A stretch of 20,000 nt of DNA, from the IMG/VR virus record IMGVR_UViG_3300001687_000011. One strand, written 5' to 3'. The DNA is from an uncultured virus (IMG/VR IMGVR_UViG_3300001687_000011). Lineage: Duplodnaviria; Heunggongvirae; Uroviricota; Caudoviricetes. Position numbers and translations under genes: made by a program. Below the pieces are notes generated by a model that was given only the letters and a program-made list of their open reading frames with translations, was not told the origin of the DNA and did not search any database. The stretch's first letter is position 1. Every line of letters begins with the position of its first letter. Of the stretch, positions 1-7,678 are shown piece after piece.

Positions 1-1155
1 TTCCACCAATAAACTATATTCCCCCTCATACTTCTCTTCTAAGGTAGGCATTAACTTGAATATTGAATTGAAAGAATCTCTAACCTGAGCTACAAAATCT
101 TCCCAAAAATCTGCATCAAGGTATTTCCTGGCATTTTCTTTTAGCTTACCTGGGCTGCAATCTATATTACAAAGCACCTGACTATCATTAAAATCTATTC
201 TTGTCCCAAATTTAGACCAGGTTAATCCCATTTCATATTTACAGTTATAAGTCCAGGGTTGTTTCCTTTTGAAAAAGTTCAGAAGAATATCTGCTAAATT
301 TTTAGGAAGAACATAATCTTCAGAGGGCCAATAAAAATAAATAGCTTTTAAAGGTTCTATCCCCACTAAAGAGAATCCTAATATTTTGTTATTTGGAGAC
401 CATACTTCAAGATCTGTAGCTTCATAGTCAAATCCAAGATCATTATATTTTTCAAACTCTGGTAAAGCTGTTTCCAACTCTTCAATATTTATTATCTCAA
501 ACCAGTCAGGGTCTTTAATAATAGGAGTATTTATTATAGTATCACTTGTATCAAATCTTTGTATAAGCTGCTTTATTCGTATTATCCATGATCTATACAT
601 ACTACTCCCCAGACCACCATTTCTTGCAATATAGCTTGGATGGAAAGCTGCTCCATATCTAACATCAGCAATTTGATAAGGAGACATATGAGAGAGTTTA
701 GTAATCTTATAATCTTTTTTGTAACTATCTGGTAGCATTGAGTAAGCTGCTGTGCCACCTAAGAGAATGACAGTATTAGCATTTAACTCATTTAAGAATT
801 GTTGTAAATGTATTTTACAGAATTTACACTCATCCTCTTCAGGAGTTCGTGTTCTTCCATCAGCTTTGACGGGCCAACAGCAATTTATATTTGCTATTGC
901 ATAATCGGTAAGACCTAATTCATTTATTGCTGCCCGTAAAATACTTCCAGACTTAGCCTCTGGATAAAAAGGTCTTTTATATTTAGCCTCTTGTTCCCCA
1001 GGTGCTTCCCCTACAAAAATTACTCTAACTTTTTCAGGACTACCAAAAATTTCAAAAGGGGCAAACTTCGTATCCATCTGTCTGCCCCTCATTGGACAAC
1101 CTTTATCACAAATATTCAATTTTTCACGTAAATCTACAAAGGTAATATTATCCAT
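1..1155 (-). CDS. DNA polymerase, SPO1-type: N-terminal family-4 uracil-DNA glycosylase domain plus 3'-5' exonuclease domain; 3' end lies outside the window
   Basis: Manual translation from ATG at 1155 gives 385 open codons to the window edge: MDNITFVDLREKLNICDKGCPM...VIFVGEAPGEQE...RPFYPEAKSG...ANINCCWP...RTPEEDECKFC...VILLGGTA...AAFHPSYIARN. This carries UDG-F4 motifs GEAPG (997-1011) and HPS (634-642) and Fe-S-type cysteines. It continues LGFDYEATDL (ExoI DxE, 415-432) and WTYNCKYEM (ExoII-like). The polymerase domain itself is not in the window and is inferred from the architecture. Confidence 0.85.
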   Translation of the reverse strand, partial: MDNITFVDLREKLNICDKGCPMRGRQMDTKFAPFEIFGSPEKVRVIFVGEAPGEQEAKYKRPFYPEAKSGSILRAAINELGLTDYAIANINCCWPVKADGRTRTPEEDECKFCKIHLQQFLNELNANTVILLGGTAAYSMLPDSYKKDYKITKLSHMSPYQIADVRYGAAFHPSYIARNGGLGSSMYRSWIIRIKQLIQRFDTSDTIINTPIIKDPDWFEIINIEELETALPEFEKYNDLGFDYEATDLEVWSPNNKILGFSLVGIEPLKAIYFYWPSEDYVLPKNLADILLNFFKRKQPWTYNCKYEMGLTWSKFGTRIDFNDSQVLCNIDCSPGKLKENARKYLDADFWEDFVAQVRDSFNSIFKLMPTLEEKYEGEYSLLVE

Positions 1156-1224
1156 ACCTAACCAAACACCTTCCACTACTCCCGTTCGGGAATATTCCTG
1201 ACAATATCCTACAAGATCTAAAAA

Positions 1225-1434
1225 TTATTCCTGTACGGGAATACTGCCTTCATCAATTTCTTCTTCTTCCAATGGTTCATTCATAGACTGTACTTCAACA
1301 GCATCTTCAATCATATCCTCAGGAACTTCACTGAGAAGAAGATCCTCTTCGGTATTAGCTAAAACTTTACCAGATTCGGCAAGTTTATTTAGATCCCCAG
1401 GATCAATATCATCTTTCTTAACTTTATATGCCAT
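1225..1434 (-). CDS. small acidic hypothetical protein (69 aa)
   Basis: ORF with GAGGT Shine-Dalgarno; strongly Asp/Glu-rich. Confidence 0.75.
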   Translation of the reverse strand: MAYKVKKDDIDPGDLNKLAESGKVLANTEEDLLLSEVPEDMIEDAVEVQSMNEPLEEEEIDEGSIPVQE

Positions 1435-1444
1435 ATTTTACCTC

Positions 1445-1720
1445 TTACATAGAGAGATTTGAGAGAAGATTATCTAATTGACTCTTGGCCCCATCAGCCT
1501 CATCAATCTCTGCACGATGTTCTTTATTTTTGATAGCCATCTCAGTTTTGAGGTCTGCTAACTGTTGTGTTTTCTTCTCCACTACTTCATCATTGGAGTC
1601 AATCATGGTCTGTTGCTTGGTCTGAATAGTTTCCAGATCAGTCTTGGCCTTTTGGATTTTACCAGCCATCTTTTGTAGCTCTTTTGCTACTGTGTCTTGT
1701 ACTGCTTGTACCTTCTTCAT
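1445..1720 (-). CDS. coiled-coil hypothetical protein (91 aa)
   Basis: GAGGAGG SD upstream of ATG; heptad-like K/Q/E/L pattern. Confidence 0.8.
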   Translation of the reverse strand: MKKVQAVQDTVAKELQKMAGKIQKAKTDLETIQTKQQTMIDSNDEVVEKKTQQLADLKTEMAIKNKEHRAEIDEADGAKSQLDNLLSNLSM

Positions 1721-1748
1721 TTTAGATCCTCCTCTAAAAGGTTTAGGT

Positions 1749-1994
1749 TTAAAATAATACTGTTACTTTGACTTTTTGAGGGTTTAACTCTTTTATGATA
1801 ATAAATGATCCCTCAACATCATCTACATCACAATTTTCATAACCATTATCTGTGTAGATTATTGCTTCACAACTACCTATGAACATAATACCATATGTAG
1901 GATGTATATCCCTTGATTTTACAAGATAAATATTTCCTTCCTCTATTTCATCAGGTATTTCATCTTTCATATATTCTTCAGCTAAGTCTAACAT
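1749..1994 (-). CDS. hypothetical protein (81 aa, MLDLAEEYMKDE...)
   Basis: ATG at 1994 is preceded by GGAGGT; the extension to 2117 in the ORF track runs through a repeat array and is unlikely to be real. Confidence 0.7.
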   Translation of the reverse strand: MLDLAEEYMKDEIPDEIEEGNIYLVKSRDIHPTYGIMFIGSCEAIIYTDNGYENCDVDDVEGSFIIIKELNPQKVKVTVLF

Positions 1995-2060
1995 ATAATA
2001 CCTCCATAAAATATGAGGTGGAGTTAGGGGCCATCGGCTCATGGAAGGCAGCCCCACGTT

Positions 2061-2181
2061 CAAAAAACCAAGAGACAAAAACCCACAGAATAAAAAAACC
2101 AGATAGCAAAAAACCAAGAGGAAAAGGAGTAAACCTCAAGGAAAAAATCACATCTGGAAAAAATCTTCTATAGAAAAACTC
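2061..2181. repeat. array of imperfect A-tract direct repeats with ~15-16 bp spacing (iteron-like)
   Basis: CAAAAAACCAAGAG exact at 2061 and 2107; related CAAAAACCCACAG at 2076 and TAAAAAAACCAGATAG at 2091; GGAAAAAATC exact at 2140 and 2156; AGAAAAACTC at 2172. Confidence 0.6.
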
Positions 2182-2264
2182 TTTCCATGATTAACGTTAT
2201 GATTAGTGTCATACTCACACTCCACCCCTATTATATAATAATGTATTTCACACTATATTTTGTA

Positions 2265-4784
2265 TTAGTCCATCCTGTAACTTGATTTTCCCTCTTCATC
2301 CATAGATGTTACAATCTGTGAATTATAATATGGAAAGTTAGCCACATGACTTACCACAAAACAGTTGTCTACAGGTAACTTTTCAGTAATATGCATAGCT
2401 TCTTCAGTGTTCTTTTTATCAAGTGCAGCTAAGAACTCATCAAAGACCAGTAATCCACACCCACCAGCTATCTCAAATAGTTTAGATAAAATGTATAGAT
2501 CTATTAAACACTTTTCCCCACCAGAACAATTATCATAATTAATCCAACGTTTGTTTTTCAAATAATAAACTCCGAAATCTGGTTTAATCTTTTTATTCTT
2601 CTGTTGTTTGTAAGTCTCTACTTTAAATTTTTCATTTGTCAAAACTTTAGCTACTCCTGCCAGAATTGTCAATATTACTTCTCCATCAGGGGACACCAAA
2701 TCCATATATTCCTTATTGAGACTCATAATAGCTTTAGCAGCTTCATAATCATCTTTCAAAGAAAGACACTGTTGTTCCAGAGTGCCTATTGTATTATATG
2801 CTTTATTGATATTTTCTATCCTAAGTTTCTCTGTAAATAACTCATTGAAATGGTTCTGTAATGTTTTAACCTTTTCTTGGAGCATAGCACTCATCTCTAT
2901 CAAATTATCATACTTGCCAGTATCAACTGCTTGTTCCATTACTTCCTGTAACTCTTTTTGAAACTGTTCCTTATTATGCAGAATTCTTTGGGCCATAGCT
3001 TCCATTTTATCTTTATCGATAATTTGACCACAAGCATAACACTTATTATTATGTATATCCGTCAACTGGGTATCACAAACTATTAATTCTCGTTCTACCC
3101 TGGATTTATTCTTCTGTTGAGAAGACATCAATTCTCTCATTGTAGCAATTTGATTACTGACTTGTTCATACATTTTACTGAAAGTATCTTTTTCACTCTT
3201 TACTTTAGATAAATCCCCTTCTACCTCTGAGAGTCTTTTATTAAGACCTTCTAAATCCATAGAGGTCTCAGTAGAAATCATTTTGTTGATCTCTTCAATT
3301 CTGATATTAATATTACTGATGTCTGTTTCTAACTCTCCAACATAGTCTTTAGAAGAATCATATAAAGCCTTTGCAGCATCATAAATATTATCTATGGTTG
3401 TCAAACCTAAAATATTACTTATCAGTTTTACCCTCTCGGTAAATTTATAACTACTTAAAAATTCTTTTCGATCCTGATTAAAAATCATGAGATCGAGACG
3501 TTTTATAAAGGGTAACTCTTTTTCCAGAAAGTCACATGTTGTAGAATGAAGACCTTTATCCTCAGGCTTCCCATCAATCTCAACCTTAGTAAGTCCTGAT
3601 CCCTTCTCTGTACCCCTTATTATAGTGTAAACATGACCACTATAAGCAACTTTTAATGTTAATTTAAAATCCTCTGCCCACCAAGATACATAATCTTTAG
3701 GTGCAGTAGCTCCCTCTAAACTAACTCTTATAGCTTTTAACAATGAACTCTTACCAGTACCATTTTCCCCAGACATCAAGGCAACTCCACCGAGTTCATT
3801 AAAATCAACATCCAAATTTGGAATTGTCAAAAAGTTTTCTATAGACAATGACAGCAATCTAAACCTTAGATCTAAAGCCTTATCGTCCATAGAAACTTTT
3901 GTAATAATATTCCCATGTATATCCATTAAATGGTGTTTATCCTCTAAAACCTTATCTAAAATAGTCAGTGGATTAAAAATCTTAGTAGGTTCCAAGTCAA
4001 TAGCTTCCTTGATTACTGACTCTAAAGGCTTTTTAGTCTTGATATAAGGATCTTTATAAATCTTATTAGTTGTCAAGAACCTAAGTCTTTTTGTCCCCTT
4101 GACTAATTCTTTAGGAGTCTCTATTCTTTCCCATTTAAGGGTAGAAGAATCGAGCATTATAACCCCAACATCTGGACTATCAGAAAATGAGTTCTGCAAT
4201 GGAGTCCCTGGGACTACAATTTTATCCTTTACAATTTGATGTTTGTGTATATCACCCACGAAAGCAAGTTTAAATTTAGATAAGTCTATACTAAATCCAG
4301 ATTTCATTTTATATCCAGATCCAGTAGAAACTCCTTGAGGAGTAAAATGACCTACAAAAATATCATGTTCCTCTACTTCATCAAAATTTATAGTAGGTTC
4401 CCATCCAAGAAAATAATATTTAAGTCCTTCTATATTAATATATTCACGATGTAAATATTTAGCATTAGATACCCTATTAACAATAGTTAAATAAGTATTT
4501 TCCTCAAAAACTGTAGTATCACTCCTGACCTCATCTAAATCATGCTGCCCATGAGTCATATAAACTGGGCAATCAAATTTTTCTATAAAATCAATTGCTA
4601 CATTAGTTGTTTTTGCAGAGGGTTTGGATACATGAAATAGATCCCCTGATATAACAACCGAAGTAGGTTTAAATGATGATAACCAATCACCGAGATACAA
4701 AAATTGGTGTAATCGATAATATGGTTCATCTATGTTATATACTCTAAAATCGTTTATATGCACATCTGCAAGATGTAAAATCAT
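2265..4784 (-). CDS. sbcCD: Mre11-Rad50 (SbcD-SbcC / T4 gp47-gp46-like) fusion nuclease-ATPase
   Basis: N-terminal phosphoesterase motifs HLADVH, SGDLFH, HGQHD, VGH, VGDIH, PGTPLQ. Then SIENF, Walker A GENGTGKS, Q-loop FNQ, coiled coil with central zinc hook CYAC, signature CSGGE, Walker B LLVFDE, D-loop AALD, H-loop VSH, all in one 839-aa frame. Confidence 0.93.
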   Translation of the reverse strand: MILHLADVHINDFRVYNIDEPYYRLHQFLYLGDWLSSFKPTSVVISGDLFHVSKPSAKTTNVAIDFIEKFDCPVYMTHGQHDLDEVRSDTTVFEENTYLTIVNRVSNAKYLHREYINIEGLKYYFLGWEPTINFDEVEEHDIFVGHFTPQGVSTGSGYKMKSGFSIDLSKFKLAFVGDIHKHQIVKDKIVVPGTPLQNSFSDSPDVGVIMLDSSTLKWERIETPKELVKGTKRLRFLTTNKIYKDPYIKTKKPLESVIKEAIDLEPTKIFNPLTILDKVLEDKHHLMDIHGNIITKVSMDDKALDLRFRLLSLSIENFLTIPNLDVDFNELGGVALMSGENGTGKSSLLKAIRVSLEGATAPKDYVSWWAEDFKLTLKVAYSGHVYTIIRGTEKGSGLTKVEIDGKPEDKGLHSTTCDFLEKELPFIKRLDLMIFNQDRKEFLSSYKFTERVKLISNILGLTTIDNIYDAAKALYDSSKDYVGELETDISNINIRIEEINKMISTETSMDLEGLNKRLSEVEGDLSKVKSEKDTFSKMYEQVSNQIATMRELMSSQQKNKSRVERELIVCDTQLTDIHNNKCYACGQIIDKDKMEAMAQRILHNKEQFQKELQEVMEQAVDTGKYDNLIEMSAMLQEKVKTLQNHFNELFTEKLRIENINKAYNTIGTLEQQCLSLKDDYEAAKAIMSLNKEYMDLVSPDGEVILTILAGVAKVLTNEKFKVETYKQQKNKKIKPDFGVYYLKNKRWINYDNCSGGEKCLIDLYILSKLFEIAGGCGLLVFDEFLAALDKKNTEEAMHITEKLPVDNCFVVSHVANFPYYNSQIVTSMDEEGKSSYRMD

Positions 4785-4802
4785 TCTTCTATTAACCTTC
4801 CC

Positions 4803-5012
4803 CTATTCCTCTAACACATAATCTCTATACTTACCCTCAAAGACTTCCTCTATCCTGTATCTTAATTTCTCAGACAAATTTGTTTTCATAAGTAGACACT
4901 TTGGACATGGTTCAATACAAGGGTCAAAGCAAGACAAAGCACATACACACTTTGCTTTACTGTAAAAAATCTCACAGTCCTCAATTACAGGACACCCCTC
5001 ACACTTACACAC
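4803..5012 (-). CDS. small cysteine-rich, probably metal-binding protein
   Basis: About 10 Cys in the first 41 aa including CxxC pairs; GAGGT SD with GTG start. Confidence 0.65.
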   Translation of the reverse strand: MCKCEGCPVIEDCEIFYSKAKCVCALSCFDPCIEPCPKCLLMKTNLSEKLRYRIEEVFEGKYRDYVLEE

Positions 5013-5035
5013 TCACACTAACCTCTCTCTCTAAA

Positions 5036-5155
5036 TTACTTAGTTTTTTCTTCTAAGCTCCTCCTTAATCTTTTCATATCCTCAATGATCCTTTCACAAG
5101 CTTCATCGATTTTATCACAACATTTTGATATAACTTCAAATATATTTTCAGACAC
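5036..5155 (-). CDS. very small hypothetical protein (39 aa, MSENIFEVISKCCDKIDEACERIIEDMKRLRRSLEEKTK)
   Basis: Manual translation; GTG start after AGGTGG, directly downstream of the promoter at 5164-5201. Confidence 0.55.
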   Translation of the reverse strand: MSENIFEVISKCCDKIDEACERIIEDMKRLRRSLEEKTK

Positions 5156-5163
5156 TTTTCCAC

Positions 5164-5201
5164 CTACTTATATTATCGTCACTTTATTAAAAAATCTTCA
5201 A
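5164..5201 (-). promoter_or_regulatory. putative promoter, copy 1 of conserved motif
   Basis: minus strand TTGAAG-N15-GACGATAA-T-ATAAGTAG, intergenic. Confidence 0.75.
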
Positions 5202-5208
5202 TAGATTT

Positions 5209-5820
5209 TTATTTGTGTTCTTTTTCAGTATCTTCCAGCACTTCCTCTGTAGAGTTACTACCAATACCACCAACAGCACTTAGGTCAACTTGCATATTCT
5301 CTTGTTCACCATCTTTAAGTCTAAGATCTGCTTCATATTTCAAGATCTTTTCTTCAAGAAGGGTAATAACCTGTTCCATTTTATTTGGTTCATTGAAGAT
5401 TGAAGCAAGACGATCTGAGTATCTGGCTAATACACCAGAGGTCATTCTGTTATTTATCATAGTGGTAAATATAAATTCTGCAATTTCTTCTGAAGGTTTA
5501 TCGAAGAATTTAACAGTAGACTTATTTGCCTTTGCTGCTTCTTCCAGATCACCAGCTTGTTTGTCTATAATACCAAGAAGGGTCAAGAACTGTTGATAAT
5601 ACATTCTGGCTTCACCAAATTCATTACGAGTGAAGACACCTTCATCCATACATAATTGTATCATAACTTCTACAGTATTCATAAGAGAAGTTAATCTCAT
5701 GTTTAAGACACCAATAGATTGAGCGATCTCACGAATAGTAGCGTCCATCTGAATAAAAGCCCTTTCGATACTCTTTTGTTTGTCCATTTTTCTTGTTTGA
5801 TTTCTAAGTTGATTACTCAT
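5209..5820 (-). CDS. hypothetical helical protein (203 aa)
   Basis: AAGGAG SD; long ORF; no recognisable motif. Confidence 0.8.
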   Translation of the reverse strand: MSNQLRNQTRKMDKQKSIERAFIQMDATIREIAQSIGVLNMRLTSLMNTVEVMIQLCMDEGVFTRNEFGEARMYYQQFLTLLGIIDKQAGDLEEAAKANKSTVKFFDKPSEEIAEFIFTTMINNRMTSGVLARYSDRLASIFNEPNKMEQVITLLEEKILKYEADLRLKDGEQENMQVDLSAVGGIGSNSTEEVLEDTEKEHK

Positions 5821-5835
5821 AAATATCTCCTTATG

Positions 5836-5888
5836 AAAAAGTGGTGATAAACCCCAGGGAAAAAGGAGGAAACCCCAGGGCTATCACC
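5836..5888 (-). promoter_or_regulatory. hairpin (terminator/attenuator-like) whose loop carries an anti-SD sequence
   Basis: minus strand GGTGATAG-CCCTGGGG-TTTCCTCCTTTTT-CCCTGGGGT-TTATCACC followed by ACTTTTT; internal direct repeat AAACCCCAGGG x2 on plus strand. Confidence 0.6.
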
Positions 5889-5898
5889 TATTAAAAAC

Positions 5899-6762
5899 TT
5901 AACCAGAAGGTATTGAAGGTCTATATACAGGTAATGTAGAATTCGGATACACATATAATTTTACTATATCAGTATCTACATTATCTGAATTAAACTCAAA
6001 ACTGAAAGGACTTCCCAACTGTTGGGTATCACCATAGAACATGACAGTCCTGTAAGAATTTTTACCGTAGCCTCCTAAACCCCCACTCAAAAATTTATTT
6101 CCAAACTTTTCATTTATTGACTGCTGAAGTTTGTCAGAATACTCCTTTAGATTATCTACAAGATGTTTATAATCATGTTTGTACATAACCACAATATAAT
6201 TTTTAACTATAAGATCCAATATACACCAGGTATATTCTTTATCTCTATTCCTGAGATATTGTAATTCATCATCAAATATAAGATTAACATGTTTCAATGA
6301 GAGACGATGCCAATCCCCATCAAAAATCCGTCTCTTTGCTATATATAAGATCCCCTCCTTATAGTGACTTTCTATAACACTGTTTATGAAGTCATATTTA
6401 TCTGGGACATATACATCACACAATATTTTACTATAATCGAAGAATAGCTCATAAGCTACTTCTTCAGGTGTAACATTGTAATGAGATGGTTCAAAAGCTG
6501 TTGGTTGAACATATAAGACGGACAAGGAATTTTTTTTGTTGTCTATTAAGAATTGAGATAGTTTACCTGCTAAAGCTTTTAGGTAATCTGTCATATTAAA
6601 AGGATATACGGGCAATAGTTGTACAGGGATATAAATCTTTGGTTTACAGTGCCCAAAATTGAAAGCAATTAAAGATCCATATTTTTTCATACCTTCTGAA
6701 CTTATCCTTTGGATATTGGAACGATCAACTAAAACCATACTATCTGTCTTATTAGACATCAC
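5899..6762 (-). CDS. hypothetical protein (287 aa)
   Basis: long ORF with GGGGGT SD; no family recognised. Confidence 0.8.
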   Translation of the reverse strand: MMSNKTDSMVLVDRSNIQRISSEGMKKYGSLIAFNFGHCKPKIYIPVQLLPVYPFNMTDYLKALAGKLSQFLIDNKKNSLSVLYVQPTAFEPSHYNVTPEEVAYELFFDYSKILCDVYVPDKYDFINSVIESHYKEGILYIAKRRIFDGDWHRLSLKHVNLIFDDELQYLRNRDKEYTWCILDLIVKNYIVVMYKHDYKHLVDNLKEYSDKLQQSINEKFGNKFLSGGLGGYGKNSYRTVMFYGDTQQLGSPFSFEFNSDNVDTDIVKLYVYPNSTLPVYRPSIPSG

Positions 6763-6769
6763 ATACCCC

Positions 6770-7072
6770 CTATGTTAATGTAACAAGTGGTTCTTCCTTT
6801 GGTTCATCTTCATCATCCAAATCAGTCACATCCATAGCTCTTCCACATCTACTACAAACAAAGATCTCCATAGGATAAGCTTTTACATGCGGTTCAGGTC
6901 TTTGTAAAAGTGGTAACTTCTTAAAAATACATGATCTAAGAAATATTACATTACCACACCTGGGACACACATGATCCTTAAGTTCACTCAAATCAACACT
7001 TATTGTTTGATGTTGTTTTTGTTTTTCCTGAATCTGCTTCATTCGTTCTTTAACTAAGTCGTCATTATTCAT
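6770..7072 (-). CDS. zinc-ribbon protein
   Basis: CPRCG...CSRCG pairs; AGGAAGGT SD. Confidence 0.8.
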   Translation of the reverse strand: MNNDDLVKERMKQIQEKQKQHQTISVDLSELKDHVCPRCGNVIFLRSCIFKKLPLLQRPEPHVKAYPMEIFVCSRCGRAMDVTDLDDEDEPKEEPLVTLT

Positions 7073-7101
7073 ACTTTTACCTTCCTTTTTTAACCAATTA
7101 A

Positions 7102-7360
7102 TATGTGATGGACTGGCTAACCCCCACCAATCTACCCACTAATAAGCCACAAGAAAAAGTTAATATAGGCCCTCAAACTTTTTCCATACAACTTATTTGA
7201 CCATCTTCTCGTTTATCCTATTGACCACAATTACTGGGAGCAGTAATTGTCCCTTCAACAAGAGGTAGTCCTACTCATTCAAGAGGTACGTTACGGAAGT
7301 CTCAATGGTCGAACTTTCCTGGATATTTATTTTCATCCCGTTCTATATCCACATCACATA
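7102..7360 (-). ncRNA. candidate structured non-coding RNA (259 nt), family unrecognised
   Basis: ORF-free gap closed by a 9-bp terminal stem TATGTGATG/CATCACATA with at least five nested helices (see findings); several helices extend by G:U pairs only on the minus strand. Confidence 0.7.
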
Positions 7361-7367
7361 AATTTAA

Positions 7368-7658
7368 TTATTCTTCACCATCTAAAGCATCAATAGCAGC
7401 AACTATCGGAGCAACTTCATCAGCTACACCATATAGCCATGCTTTTACTTTATCAAAACCTGCTTTAACCTTATTTTCATAATAGGTCTCTATAGCATTA
7501 ACAATAGCATCATCCTTCCTGGTAAAAGTAGTAACATTTGCCAGACCAGCCAAGGATTTAATTACCTGGCCTACTGCCAATAAGATTTCTTCTACAATAC
7601 CAATCAAGAGACCAACATTTTTACAAAAATAAGCTAAAATCGCTTTAACCTTACTCAT
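7368..7658 (-). CDS. small amphipathic/membrane-associated protein, possibly holin-like
   Basis: GGAGGT SD; hydrophobic N-terminal half followed by TxTxKDD. Confidence 0.7.
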   Translation of the reverse strand: MSKVKAILAYFCKNVGLLIGIVEEILLAVGQVIKSLAGLANVTTFTRKDDAIVNAIETYYENKVKAGFDKVKAWLYGVADEVAPIVAAIDALDGEE

Positions 7659-7678
7659 CTTTTAACCTCCAAAAAATA

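Noticed and set aside
1153..1434. The 69-aa ORF is in frame with the polymerase with 23 open codons between (possible readthrough fusion)
   Set aside because: The stop is TAA, and the polymerase ATG has its own SD-like GGAAGGTG; chance is sufficient
1995..2117. Hydrophobic N-terminal extension of ORF 1749-2117
   Set aside because: It is a translation of T-tract repeats; a strong GGAGG SD supports the start at 1994
2061..2181. CRISPR array
   Set aside because: Units are about 15 bp low-complexity A-tracts with no repeat-spacer structure, and no cas genes are present
7102..7360. RNase P RNA (AGGAAAGTTCG resembles GAGGAAAGUCC; GGCTTA resembles the 3' P4 strand)
   Set aside because: Only 6 of 8 P4 pairs are possible, there is no ACAGAA before GGCTTA, no P2 between the closing stem and first hairpin, and GGCTTA sits in a local helix and is not adjacent to the closing stem
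7102..7360. Retron msr-msd (terminal inverted repeat plus long hairpin)
   Set aside because: No reverse transcriptase is adjacent or in the window
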